A stretch of 61,229 nt of DNA. It comes from Meiothermus sp. Lineage in GTDB: Bacteria > Deinococcota > Deinococci > Deinococcales > Thermaceae. The notes under the pieces were generated by a model. It was not told where the DNA came from. It searched no databases and was given only the letters and a program-made list of their open reading frames with translations. Of this stretch, positions 10,026-21,353 are shown in pieces. Positions within the stretch are counted from its first letter, which is position 1; each line of letters starts with the position of its first letter. The DNA lies in NCBI GenBank assembly GCA_033762915.1, contig JANRLD010000057.1, positions 1 to 61,229 of the forward strand. Reading direction: 5' to 3'. The position numbers and the translations under genes were made by a program.

Positions 10026-10175
10026 GAGTGTCTGCATAGTAAAACTGCGAGGTCCCCAAAAGCCTGTAAGGAATTACGCCCCGGGTAGCCGCCGTGCGGC
10101 TATGGCGCGAGCCATTTCGCCCAGGTAAGACAACGGTTGCCCCTGGTCTCGCAGATTCACCCTGGCGCAACCTAG
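10026..10175 (+). mobile_element. Family-A dispersed repeat (MITE-like), copy A1
   Basis: GAGTGTCTGCATAGT...GGAATTACGCCCCGGGTAGCCG...CTCGCAGATTCACCCTGGCGCAACCTAG; aligns along its length with 51108-51260. Confidence 0.7.
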
Positions 10176-10203
10176 TCCTCGGAGCAATAAACAACGACTC
10201 ATG

Positions 10204-10231
10204 GTAGGTTCGAATCCTACACGGCCTACCA
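10204..10231 (+). pseudogene. tRNA 3' remnant (T-arm, acceptor 3' strand, CCA); possible att site
   Basis: GTAGG-TTCGAAT-CCTAC-ACGGCCT-A-CCA; no pairing 5' half upstream; followed by a terminator-like hairpin. Confidence 0.75.
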
Positions 10232-10343
10232 AAACTCCCAGAAGGCGGAGTTTATGGCTCTGCCCTCTGTCTTTTGCCTTCTACTCAGCCCGTAATGCTC
10301 TGGTAATCTCCCCGCCCTACCCTGGGGTCCGAAGGGGGTAGAT

Positions 10344-11294
10344 ATGTTCAAGAAGATTCTTCTGGCCGTGGACGACTCGAGCTGCGCCGAGCGGGCCGGG
10401 CGGGTGGCCTTCGACTTGGCCCAGAAGCTCTCGAGCCAGCTGGTGGTGCTGCACGTGGTCACCCGGCCTGCTGCACCCTTCGGGCTGGGCACGCCGCAGG
10501 AGGAACTGGACCGGTACGCCGAGGAACTGCTCGAGCCCTGGCGTGCGTTGGCCAGGGAGGAGGGGGTAGCGGCCCAGGCCCTGTACCAGCACGGCGAGAA
10601 GGTAGCCGAGACGGTGGTGCTGTTGGCGGGCGAGTACGGTTGCGACCTGATCGTGATGGGCACCCACGGGCGCGAGGGCTTGCAGAGGGTCTTCTTGGGC
10701 AGCGTGGCCGAGCGGGTCTCGAGGCTCTCCAAGGTGCCGCTGCTGCTGGTGCGTGGCGACGGCGGGGTGGGGCCGCTGGGTAGCGGCATCAGCCGCGTCC
10801 TGGCCCCGGTGGACGGCAGCGAGTCCGGCCTCGGCGCCCTCAAGGCCGCCGACAAGCTGGCCACCCTGCTGGGGGCCGAGCTCGAGCTGCTCACGGTGAT
10901 CCCCTATATCCCGCCCATCACCTACCTTGACGGTACCGGGATCGGCTCGACGGCGGCGGTGTTTAACCAGGAGGCCAACGAGAAGGCCATGCAGGAGGAG
11001 GCCACGGCGGCCCTCGAGGCGGCCAAGCGGGTGGCCCAGGCCCCCAATCTCAAGACCGAGATCGTCAAGGCCGACCGGCAGTCGGTGGCTCAGGTGATCG
11101 TCGACTATGCCCGCCAGCAGGGCGCCGACCTGATCGTGGTCGGTTCCCACGGGCGCACCGGGCTGGACAGGTTGCTGCTGGGCAGCGTGGCCGAGGGCGT
11201 GATCCACCACGCGGGGGTGCCGGTGCTGCTGGTGCGGCCCGAGCAGACCGCCGAAAAGGCCCCCCAAGTCAAGGAGCAGGTCATGATGCTCTGA
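10344..11294 (+). CDS. Universal stress protein, two USP domains
   Basis: KKILLAVDDS...DLIVMGTHGR...LGSVAE, repeated as RVLAPVDGS...DLIVVGSHGR...LGSVAE. Confidence 0.95.
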   Translation: MFKKILLAVDDSSCAERAGRVAFDLAQKLSSQLVVLHVVTRPAAPFGLGTPQEELDRYAEELLEPWRALAREEGVAAQALYQHGEKVAETVVLLAGEYGCDLIVMGTHGREGLQRVFLGSVAERVSRLSKVPLLLVRGDGGVGPLGSGISRVLAPVDGSESGLGALKAADKLATLLGAELELLTVIPYIPPITYLDGTGIGSTAAVFNQEANEKAMQEEATAALEAAKRVAQAPNLKTEIVKADRQSVAQVIVDYARQQGADLIVVGSHGRTGLDRLLLGSVAEGVIHHAGVPVLLVRPEQTAEKAPQVKEQVMML

Positions 11295-11303
11295 AGCTTT
11301 AAA

Positions 11304-11344
11304 CGAATACTCGGCACGGCGGCATTTGCCGTGCCGAGTATTCG
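11304..11344. terminator. Long hairpin after the USP gene
   Basis: CGAATACTCGGCACGGC-loop-GCCGTGCCGAGTATTCG, perfect 17-bp stem. Confidence 0.7.
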
Positions 11345-11612
11345 TGCGAACCGCGGTGAGGTCGGGCTTGAGTCCCGTGCCCCGCCGCTGGCGGCGGGGC
11401 TTTTGACTCGGGGTCTTGGTACTACCCTGAGAGCAGCACACCCTTGCCGGAGCCTCGAGAGATGACCATGACGGGTTTTGAGCCTATGGCGGTCGGCCTG
11501 CCCCGCCGGACGAGCGCGGCGGGGGTTGGCCTGGCCGGCCGGGGCTCGAGTTGCCGCTTCGGTGGTCATACCCGGCCTCCGGCCGCCTAGGCCCAGCAAA
11601 GGAGCAGCCCTC

Positions 11613-13535
11613 ATGACCGCAATGCCCGTATCTGTCCCGTCCAGGCGACCGCCCCCGTCTCCGGTCTCCTTCTGGAAAGACCCCGTCGCCAGGGGCTTCC
11701 TGCTCACCGCCGTCACCTTGCTGGGTCTGATCGGCGAGCTGGTTAGCGCCCGGATGGGCCACGCCGTGCTCGAGCACGGCTTCTACGCCCTGGCCTTCGC
11801 GGCAGGCGGGGTGCCGGCCCTGGTCTCGGCCCTCAGGGCGTTGTGGCTGGAGCGCAAGCTGGACGTGAACCTGCTGATGGTGCTGGCCGCGCTGGGGGCC
11901 CTGAGCGTGGGCCAGGAGGCCGACGGGGTGATTCTGCTGTTCCTCTTCAGTCTGTCCAACACCCTGCAGGACTGGGCCTTCGCCCGCACCAAGCGGGCCA
12001 TCCAGGCCCTGATGGCCCTCCGGCCGGAGGGCGCGGTGGTGCGGCGCGACGGGGGTGAGGCCTGGCTGCGCCTCGAGGAGATCCGGCCCGGCGACGTGCT
12101 GGTGGTGCGGCCCGGCGAGCGCTTCGCCGCCGACGCGCGGCTGATCGAGGGCCAGACCAGCGTCGACGAGAGTGCCCTCACCGGCGAGTCGGTGCCGGTG
12201 GACAAGGGGCCGGGCGGCCCGGTCTACAGCGGCAGCCTCAACGGCAGCGGGGTGGTGCTGGCCCGGGTGGAGCGGCCCGCCAGCGAGAGCACCCTGGCCC
12301 GCCTGATCCGTCTGGTCGAGGAGGCCCAGGCCGCCAAGAGCCCCACCGAGCGGTTCGCGTCCCGGCTCGAGGGGCCGTACACCATAGCGGTGCTGCTCTC
12401 GGCCCCGGTGGTCTTCGTGGTCATGCACTACCTGGTGGGGCTGGAGGCGGCGGCCTCCTGGTATCGGGCCATGACCTTTCTGGTCGTGGCGAGCCCCTGC
12501 GCGGTGGTGATCAGCACCCCGGCGGCGGTGCTCTCGGCGATGGCGGCGGGGGCGCGGGTGGGGGCCTTGTTCAAGAGCGGCGCGGCCCTCGAGGCCCTCT
12601 CTCGAGTCAACATCGTGGCCTTCGACAAGACGGGGACGCTCACCGAGGGGAAGATGCGGCTGGTGGCGGTGATCCCGCTGGAAGGCGACGAGCCCCAGGC
12701 CCACGCCCTGGCGGCAGGCCTCGAGCGCTACAGCCCCCACCCCATCGCGCAGGCCATCGCCTCGAGCTACGTTGGCGAGGCCCCGGTCGTGGTCAACGCC
12801 CAGGCCCTGCACGGGCGGGGGATGACCGGTGAACTCGCCGGCGAGCTGATCTGGGCCGGAACCCGCGCCCTGGCCCAGGAGCAGGGGGCGGTCCTGTCTC
12901 CCGACACCGAGGCACACCTGAGCGCCCTGGAGGGCGAGGGTCTAACCACGGTACTGCTGGGGCGCTCGAGGCGGGTGGTGGCCTTGCTGGCCGTGGCCGA
13001 CACCCCCCGGCCCCAGGCGAGGGCGGCGGTGGAGGCGCTGCGGCGCAGGGGCCTGCGGGTGGTGATGCTCACCGGAGACCGGCAGGCGGTGGCCTGGCAC
13101 ATCGCCCGCGAGGTCGGGGTAGACGAAGTGCGGGCCGAGCTGCTGCCCGAGCAAAAGCTCGAGGTGATCGGCCACCTGCGTCGCGAGGGCCGGGTGGCGA
13201 TGGTGGGAGACGGGGTCAACGACGCGCCCGCCCTCAGCAGCGCAGACATCGGCATCTCGATGGCTTCGGGCTCTGACGTGGCCCTGGAGAGTGCCGACCT
13301 GGTGCTGATGAAGAACGACCTCTCGAGGCTGACCGGGGCCATCGCCCTGGCTCAGGCTACCCAGCGTACGGTGCGCTTTAACCTGAGCTTCGCCCTGGGC
13401 GTGATCGTGGTGGTGGGCGCCCTCTCGCTGCTGGGCTGGGTGCCGCTGCCGCTGGGGGTGCTGGCCCACGAGGGCGGCACGGTGCTGGTCTGCCTGCTGG
13501 GCCTGCGCCTGCTGGCCAACCCGGTGCGGGCCTGA
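11613..13535 (+). CDS. Heavy-metal P1B-4-type ATPase (Co/Zn/Fe)
   Basis: TGES, SPC in the TM helix, DKTGT, GDGVND, HEGGT; no N-terminal metal-binding domain; AAGGAG RBS. Confidence 0.92.
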   Translation: MTAMPVSVPSRRPPPSPVSFWKDPVARGFLLTAVTLLGLIGELVSARMGHAVLEHGFYALAFAAGGVPALVSALRALWLERKLDVNLLMVLAALGALSVGQEADGVILLFLFSLSNTLQDWAFARTKRAIQALMALRPEGAVVRRDGGEAWLRLEEIRPGDVLVVRPGERFAADARLIEGQTSVDESALTGESVPVDKGPGGPVYSGSLNGSGVVLARVERPASESTLARLIRLVEEAQAAKSPTERFASRLEGPYTIAVLLSAPVVFVVMHYLVGLEAAASWYRAMTFLVVASPCAVVISTPAAVLSAMAAGARVGALFKSGAALEALSRVNIVAFDKTGTLTEGKMRLVAVIPLEGDEPQAHALAAGLERYSPHPIAQAIASSYVGEAPVVVNAQALHGRGMTGELAGELIWAGTRALAQEQGAVLSPDTEAHLSALEGEGLTTVLLGRSRRVVALLAVADTPRPQARAAVEALRRRGLRVVMLTGDRQAVAWHIAREVGVDEVRAELLPEQKLEVIGHLRREGRVAMVGDGVNDAPALSSADIGISMASGSDVALESADLVLMKNDLSRLTGAIALAQATQRTVRFNLSFALGVIVVVGALSLLGWVPLPLGVLAHEGGTVLVCLLGLRLLANPVRA

Positions 13536-13635
13536 GGCTGCTACGCCACGTCTGGCCGGAGTTAAGAGATGCGCTTCTGAGCTGCCCCTGGTGCAACTTC
13601 CTACGGGCGTCCCGGGGCGGTATCCGGCGGTTCAC

Positions 13636-16038
<2,403 letters not shown>

Positions 16039-16044
16039 ATCAAC

Positions 16045-16575
16045 CTACTTCAGCCAGTTCCTGAACTGGTAAATCTCCTCGCTCTGGCTGACCAGGATGT
16101 CTCGGGCCAGTTTGATGATCCGAGGGTCGCTCGAGCGCTGGATGGCCAACAGGGCCATCTCGATGGCCGAGGCGTGGTGGGGGATCATGCCCTGCACGAA
16201 GGCCCGGTCGGGGTCGCGGCCGCCGCGCAGGGCGGTCATCATGCCCGCCATGTCGCCCGCCATCATCTCGGCCGAGCCCTTGTCCGAGCCGCCCAGCGGC
16301 CTCAGCCACTCGTTCATCTGGGCGATCTCGCGCTGCTGGGCGGCGATGATGGCGTTGGCCCAGGCCCGCACCTGGGCGTTCTTGGCCCTGGGCAGCACCC
16401 AGCGGGACATCTCCACCGCGCCCTGGTGGTGGGGCACCATCATCGAGAGGAAGGCCCGGTCGAAGGCCCGTCCGCTCAGACCGCCGAGGTGTTCCCCGAC
16501 GCTCATGGAACTGTGCCCGCCGTGCTGCGCCAGCGACAGCCCCAAAAAAATCAGCAGTGCCAACATCCTCTTCAT
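16045..16575 (-). CDS. DUF305 (CopM-like) exported Met/His-rich copper-binding protein
   Basis: Signal peptide; twin MMVPHHQGAVEM / GMIPHHASAIEM motifs; GGAGG RBS. Confidence 0.9.
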   Translation of the reverse strand: MKRMLALLIFLGLSLAQHGGHSSMSVGEHLGGLSGRAFDRAFLSMMVPHHQGAVEMSRWVLPRAKNAQVRAWANAIIAAQQREIAQMNEWLRPLGGSDKGSAEMMAGDMAGMMTALRGGRDPDRAFVQGMIPHHASAIEMALLAIQRSSDPRIIKLARDILVSQSEEIYQFRNWLK

Positions 16576-16710
16576 GCCTATATACCTCCAGCCTGCGTGT
16601 TGCAAGCCGTGCCGACCACAATCCCCTCGGGCAGTGCGCCCGCCCAAGCGCCACACAGCCGGCTCATGGCCCGAGCCCATTTGTGTATCTCGTACGGGCG
16701 CGGCCCGGTT

Positions 16711-16995
16711 TTAGCGGTACTTCATGACGTCCATCAGTTCGTCCACCAACTGTCGGGTGTCGCCGCGCTGGGCCGCGCTGGCGAGGTGGTGCTCGAGGTG
16801 GCTCTTGAGCACCACCTCGCCCACCTTGTCCAGGGCCCCCTGCACCGCCTTGAGCTGCTTGAGCACGTCCACGCAGTAGGGGTCGCCCTCGAGCATCTTG
16901 AGGACGCCCTCGAGGTGCCCCTTGGCGCTCAGCAGGCGGTTCTGGGCGTCCTTGCGCACCTTGGGGTCGAGATGCAGGGTGTGTTCCTGGGTCAT
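16711..16995 (-). CDS. csoR: Copper-sensing repressor, CsoR family
   Basis: RLLSAKGHLEGVLKM...YCVDVLKQLKAVQGAL...HLEHH (C-H-H type). Confidence 0.9.
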   Translation of the reverse strand: MTQEHTLHLDPKVRKDAQNRLLSAKGHLEGVLKMLEGDPYCVDVLKQLKAVQGALDKVGEVVLKSHLEHHLASAAQRGDTRQLVDELMDVMKYR

Positions 16996-17195
16996 AAGGA
17001 TTGGGCGCTGTAGCCCTCTTCCCGCACGGCCTCGATCAGCTTGGCGACCGGCGCGTTGCCCTGCACGGTGGCGCGGCCTCCCTCGAGGCTGACCTCGACC
17101 TTCTCCACGCCCTCCACACCCTCGAGGGCCTCGCGCACGTGGCGCACGCAGTTGTTGCAGCTCATCCCTTCGACCTTAAGCTCTACTTTCTCCAT
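16992..17195 (-). CDS. copZ: Copper chaperone (HMA domain)
   Basis: VEGMSCNNC, 67 aa, AGGAGG RBS. Confidence 0.92.
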   Translation of the reverse strand: MEKVELKVEGMSCNNCVRHVREALEGVEGVEKVEVSLEGGRATVQGNAPVAKLIEAVREEGYSAQSL

Positions 17196-17306
17196 CTTCT
17201 TCCTCCTTTACTCTGCAAGACCCGGCCCACGGCCTCCCGGATTGCGCCTGCAAGCTGCCTGCCGCCGAGGTTACTGGGGAGTCTCGCACACCTACCGTGG
17301 CATGAC

Positions 17307-17762
17307 CTAGTGGGCATGGCGCACGCCACGCCGGACCATCACGTAGTTTACGGGCAGGGCGATCGCGAACCCCGCCAGCAGGGCCAGGCCCATCCCCAGC
17401 CAGAACAGCGGGTCGGCCAGGTGTCCGTGGGCGACGATGCCCAGCCGGGCCTGCACCAGCGCGATGGTGGCCTCCATGACCGCGATGCTCACCCCCTCGG
17501 TGACCAGTACCGTCCGCGCCGCCGCCCGCACGGCGTACCCAGCCCGCAGCAGCGGGACCAGCCCCAGCGCGAAGCCGCCGACGATGCCGAGGCTGATGGA
17601 GAGCACGTTGGTGGAGAAGTTGTCCCAGTTCAGCCCCGTCCCGATGACCATGCCGCTCACGTCTCCCAGCCCACAGCCCAGCAGGCAGTGCAGGGTCGCG
17701 CTCAGGGCCAGTGCCCAGCTCGAGGGCTGGGCTGGTTGGTGGTGTGCGTGGTGTGAACTCAT
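17307..17762 (-). CDS. DUF4396-like membrane protein, first gene of the copper operon
   Basis: His-rich N-terminus, ATLHCLLGCGLGD, SIAVME, PVNYVMV; GGAGG RBS. Confidence 0.85.
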   Translation of the reverse strand: MSSHHAHHQPAQPSSWALALSATLHCLLGCGLGDVSGMVIGTGLNWDNFSTNVLSISLGIVGGFALGLVPLLRAGYAVRAAARTVLVTEGVSIAVMEATIALVQARLGIVAHGHLADPLFWLGMGLALLAGFAIALPVNYVMVRRGVRHAH

Positions 17763-17777
17763 CGCTCCCTCCAGCCC

Positions 17778-17810
17778 ACCCCCCCTGGGGAGGGGTATGG
17801 GGATAGTGTA
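17778..17810 (-). promoter_or_regulatory. -10 element and candidate CsoR operator
   Basis: Minus strand TACACT followed by ATACCCCTCCCCAGGGGGGGT (C-tract/G-tract pseudo-palindrome typical of CsoR sites). Confidence 0.6.
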
Positions 17811-17974
17811 GCGGGCAGGGGGAGGGGCAAATGTAACCTGGAGCGGCGAGGAAAGGGGAACGGGAAGACCGGAACCCGGCGGCTTGTCTTTCTCTTCCGC
17901 TTTCTCCTCTGCTTCGGCCCTCAACTGGCTCAGATTCACCTTTTCCCGCCCAAAAACCGGCTATGCTCGAGCCA

Positions 17975-18382
17975 ATGGATACCGTCTTGCGCGAAGTCAC
18001 CGTCGAGGAAGTGCGGATACTGCTCGACCAGCTCATGCCCGCCGCCGAGCAGGTCAAGGAAGACCTGTTTAACCTCGAGTTCGCTGGGGGCCTGCGGGCG
18101 CACCTCATCACCTACGGCGACCCGCACGTCACCAGCCTGCAACTGCGGGCGGGCTTCTCCGGCTTCGACCGGGTGGAGCCGCGCCACCTGCTCACCTGGA
18201 ACCGCCGCTACCGCTTCACCAAGAGCTACCTCGACTCCGACAACGACCCCGTGATCGAGTCCGACCTGAGGCTCGAGGGCATCACCTCCGAGGCCGTCCA
18301 CGCCTTCGTGCGCGACTTCGGCGACCAGGTGAACCTGTTTTTCTCCTACCTGCGGATGATTGACGCGAGCTTGGTGGAGTGA
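17975..18382 (+). CDS. YbjN-domain protein
   Basis: WNRRYRFTKSYLDSDNDPVIESDL; TATGCT lies 7 nt before ATG 17975 (leaderless start; alternative start 17963). Confidence 0.75.
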   Translation: MDTVLREVTVEEVRILLDQLMPAAEQVKEDLFNLEFAGGLRAHLITYGDPHVTSLQLRAGFSGFDRVEPRHLLTWNRRYRFTKSYLDSDNDPVIESDLRLEGITSEAVHAFVRDFGDQVNLFFSYLRMIDASLVE

Positions 18383-18461
18383 GCTGTCCTTCTGCGAAAA
18401 CTAAGGGGCGAGATTTTCAGCGGGGCCGGTGGCCATACGGCCAGTGCAGCGGGTCAAAACC

Positions 18462-19460
18462 ATGAACCCTCGAGCCTACTCCCAGCGCCTCGGAACCCTG
18501 ACGCCGGAGCAACTACAGGCCGCGCTGAACTGCTTCGAGCTGGGTACGCTGACCGACGCCCAGCCCATCTCGGCAGGGATGTTCGGGCAAAATCTGTTCG
18601 TCAGCAGCGACCAGGGCGATTGGGTGCTGCGCGGCTGTCCGCACACCGACTGGCAGTTCCCGGCAGAGCGGTTTTTCACCGGGCTGATTCGGGAGCGCTC
18701 GAGCCTGCCTGTGGCCCACCCCTACCTCTACGAACCCTCGAGTCATATCTTCGGCTGGCCCTTTGTGCTGACGCCCCGGATGCCGGGCCTACAGCTCGAG
18801 GCCGATGATACATACGCTGCCCTCGGGGAGGCCGACAAAACCGGGGTGGCCCTGGCGTTGGCCCGCACCCTGGCGGAGTTTCAGGAGATCACCTGGGACT
18901 GTGCGGGGCGCTACGACCTCGAGCTTCAGAGCGTCAGGCCGTTGGACACCGACTACCGGGCTTGGCTGGTGGGGCGGACGCGGGAACTGCTGGCGAACTC
19001 GCTGGCCGCCAGCGACAACACCAAGACCTCCGACGCGATCTGGGTCGAGTCCGTGCTGCGGGCCTCCGAGACTGCCCTGGCCGAGCCCTATGCCGTCACC
19101 CTGGTTCACGAAGACTACAAGCTGGGCAACCTGCACCTCGAGCAAGCCTCCGACGGCGTGTGGCGTGTCTGCGGCCTGTTCGACCTGATGACCCTGCACT
19201 TTGGCGACGGCGAGGCCGACCTGGCGCGGCAGTTGGGCTGGTATCTGCGGAAAGACCCGCCGAGGGCCACCGTCTTCGCCAACGAATACATCCGCCTCAA
19301 ACGGCCCAGTGCGGGCTTTGCGCGGCGTCAGCAGGTCTACATGCTCTACGACTGCTTGATTATCTGGGAGTTCTTCCAGCGCTGGGTGAGCGGCATGCCC
19401 GAGCAGCCCTCCTGCCTGCGCGAGTGGGCTGGGCCGCTGGTGGGGTTCTGGGCGGAGTGA
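18462..19460 (+). CDS. Aminoglycoside-phosphotransferase-family (APH-like) kinase
   Basis: LVHEDYKLGNL catalytic loop, GLFDL metal motif, GDGEADL. Confidence 0.85.
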   Translation: MNPRAYSQRLGTLTPEQLQAALNCFELGTLTDAQPISAGMFGQNLFVSSDQGDWVLRGCPHTDWQFPAERFFTGLIRERSSLPVAHPYLYEPSSHIFGWPFVLTPRMPGLQLEADDTYAALGEADKTGVALALARTLAEFQEITWDCAGRYDLELQSVRPLDTDYRAWLVGRTRELLANSLAASDNTKTSDAIWVESVLRASETALAEPYAVTLVHEDYKLGNLHLEQASDGVWRVCGLFDLMTLHFGDGEADLARQLGWYLRKDPPRATVFANEYIRLKRPSAGFARRQQVYMLYDCLIIWEFFQRWVSGMPEQPSCLREWAGPLVGFWAE

Positions 19461-19544
19461 CCTTCCCGGCTGCGTTACCCGCACGTTACCAAGGGTTGGC
19501 AATCATGGTCTTCAAGAAGCCAGAGTGGCCCCAAGGAGAAGACC

Positions 19545-19673
19545 ATGAACCAGGAGTTTAGAAAATCCAGTCCGAACAACGTGCGCTCGAGGCCCAGCCT
19601 GCGCAAGCCCTGGCGCAACTGGCTGCTGCCCGCCAGCATCGCGGTCTCGCCCTGGCTGCGGGCCGAGAGCTAA
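19545..19673 (+). CDS. Candidate 42-aa small protein (MNQEFRKSSPNNVRSRPSLRKPWRNWLLPASIAVSPWLRAES)
   Basis: AAGGAG RBS 6 nt upstream; below the ORF-track size cut-off; no recognisable family. Confidence 0.4.
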   Translation: MNQEFRKSSPNNVRSRPSLRKPWRNWLLPASIAVSPWLRAES

Positions 19674-19793
19674 GGGTCTGCAAGGCTGGGATGTGAAATG
19701 CCGCCCCGCGGCCCCTTGGGGAATTGCGCCCTTAAGCCGCTCGCCGCCCCGGTCGCTTTGGGGGTTTCGCAAACCCATCAAGGCGCAACTTAG
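19671..19793 (+). mobile_element. Family-A repeat, copy A2
   Basis: TAAGGGTCTG...GGGGAATTGCGCC...GGCGCAACTTAG; aligns with 25783-25900. Confidence 0.7.
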
Positions 19794-20074
19794 GCCGCCA
19801 GCAGCCTCGAGAGCTGCAAGTAGAGCACCGCCCCCGCGCCGTAGGCGGCCAGCCAAAGCAGGTCGGCGGGGCGCAGGCGGCGCTCGAGCAGGTGTCTCGC
19901 CCCGTTGTACAGCAGCACCAGCGAGAGCGAGAGGCAGACCATCCCCAGCAGCGCGACCAACTCGGGCAGGGCCACGCTGCGGCGCAACAACCAGGGGGCG
20001 GCGACCATCAGAAGGGGCAGCCACAGGGTGGCGGCCGCGAAGGCGAACACGTCGTTCTTGGGCACGGTGAGCAT
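19790..20074 (-). CDS. Small three-TM membrane protein, unknown function
   Basis: Hydrophobic; paralogue of 20792-21070 (WLPL..., LSLVLL, ADLLWL..YGAGA). Confidence 0.75.
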   Translation of the reverse strand: MLTVPKNDVFAFAAATLWLPLLMVAAPWLLRRSVALPELVALLGMVCLSLSLVLLYNGARHLLERRLRPADLLWLAAYGAGAVLYLQLSRLLAA

Positions 20075-20145
20075 AAGCGGGGCTAAGTCTAGCGGCTCAG
20101 GCGTGAATCAGGTGAGCATAAGCCGGGGTTCAATTAGTGCCCTTC

Positions 20146-20266
20146 TCGCGTTTCCCACCCATACTCCGCCCACAGTACTGCGCTAAATCGTGCGCTAAGC
20201 GTGCGCTAAAGCGGAGTATTGCACAAGGCAAAAACCGCCGTACCGAGTGTTCGTGGGAACCGCTCT
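20146..20266 (+). mobile_element. Family-B repeat, copy B2
   Basis: TCGCGTTTCCCACC...GTGGGAACCGCTCT inverted ends, three internal TGCGCTAAAGCG-like units; close match to 32735-32876. Confidence 0.75.
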
Positions 20267-20283
20267 TCGGGCTAAACTGAGCC

Positions 20284-20817
20284 ATGCAACTGGTCTTTCT
20301 CTACGGCCCGGCGGCGGTGGGCAAGCTGACCGTCGCACAAGAGCTGGCCAAGCTCACCGGGTACGCCCTCTTCGACAACCACCTCTCGATCGACTACGCC
20401 GCCCGGCTGCTCGAGTGGAACACCCCCGACTACGTCAAGCTGCTGCGCGGCCTCCGGCTGTTCACCCTGCAAAAGCTGGCCGAGATCGGGCTCGAGGGGG
20501 TGATCTTCACCTTTGTCTACACCCCGCCGGGCAGCGATGAGTTCATCCAGCAGGTGCTCGAAGTTTGCCAGAGCTCGGGCATCGAGCCGGTGTTTGTGAA
20601 GCTCGAGGCGCGGCGCGAGGTGTTGCTGGAGCGGGTGGTCAGCCCCGAGCGCAAGGCGCACAAGAAGCTCTCGAGGCCCGAGCGGCTGATTCGAATGCTC
20701 GACGATCAGCGGGCTACAGAGGCCATCCCCTTCGTGCTGAGCCTGACCGTAGACACCTCCGACCAGGGCCCCGAGGATTCGGCGCGGCAGATTATGCGGG
20801 GGCTAAAGCTCCCGTGA
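20284..20817 (+). CDS. P-loop kinase (AAA_33/shikimate-kinase-like)
   Basis: LYGPAAVGKLTVA Walker-A variant, FDNHL. Confidence 0.8.
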   Translation: MQLVFLYGPAAVGKLTVAQELAKLTGYALFDNHLSIDYAARLLEWNTPDYVKLLRGLRLFTLQKLAEIGLEGVIFTFVYTPPGSDEFIQQVLEVCQSSGIEPVFVKLEARREVLLERVVSPERKAHKKLSRPERLIRMLDDQRATEAIPFVLSLTVDTSDQGPEDSARQIMRGLKLP

Positions 20818-21070
20818 GTTGCCCGTAGAGCAGCGCCCCCGCCCCGTAAAGCGTCAGCCAGAGCAGATCCGCCACCCGGATGTGGCGGCGGATGATCTGG
20901 GCGACACCCACCCACAGCAGCACCAGCGACAGACCCAGGCAGGCCAAGCCTAGACCGGCCAGGAAGGCGGGGGCGGCGATGGCGCGGGCCAGCAGCCAGG
21001 AGCCGCCGGCCATCACCAGCGGCAGCCAGATCAGCGCCGCAGCCCAGACCAGCCACACCCGGCCTCGCAT
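20792..21070 (-). CDS. Small three-TM membrane protein, paralogue of 19790-20074
   Basis: Shared motifs; 3' end overlaps the kinase gene. Confidence 0.7.
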   Translation of the reverse strand: MRGRVWLVWAAALIWLPLVMAGGSWLLARAIAAPAFLAGLGLACLGLSLVLLWVGVAQIIRRHIRVADLLWLTLYGAGALLYGQLTGALAPA

Positions 21071-21080
21071 GGCGGCAATT

Positions 21081-21293
21081 CTACCGGCCCAACTCGTACA
21101 TGACGCGGTTTTTGACCGCGTCGGCCACCAGCGCCACCCCGGAGTTCAGCACCACCAGCCCCAGGGTCCCCAGCCAGAACCAGGGCTCACCTTGCGATTT
21201 CAGGAAACTGGCGTGGTCGGTCAGGGAGACGCCGGCCCCGATCAGGGTCAGGCCCAGCGGGGCGAAGATCTGCCACTTGCGCAGGCTGTTCAT
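21081..21293 (-). CDS. Small two-TM hypothetical protein
   Basis: APLGLTLIGAGVSL...WFWLGTLGLVVLNSG; leaderless-type start. Confidence 0.7.
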   Translation of the reverse strand: MNSLRKWQIFAPLGLTLIGAGVSLTDHASFLKSQGEPWFWLGTLGLVVLNSGVALVADAVKNRVMYELGR

Positions 21294-21353
21294 CCCGCCA
21301 TCCTAGGGGCCAGCAGCCCCGGCTCCGATGGGGGAGGCCACAGTCGGGCGCCC

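Noticed and set aside
18462..19460. Antibiotic-resistance call for the APH-family kinase
   Set aside because: Fold-level motifs only; substrate cannot be inferred
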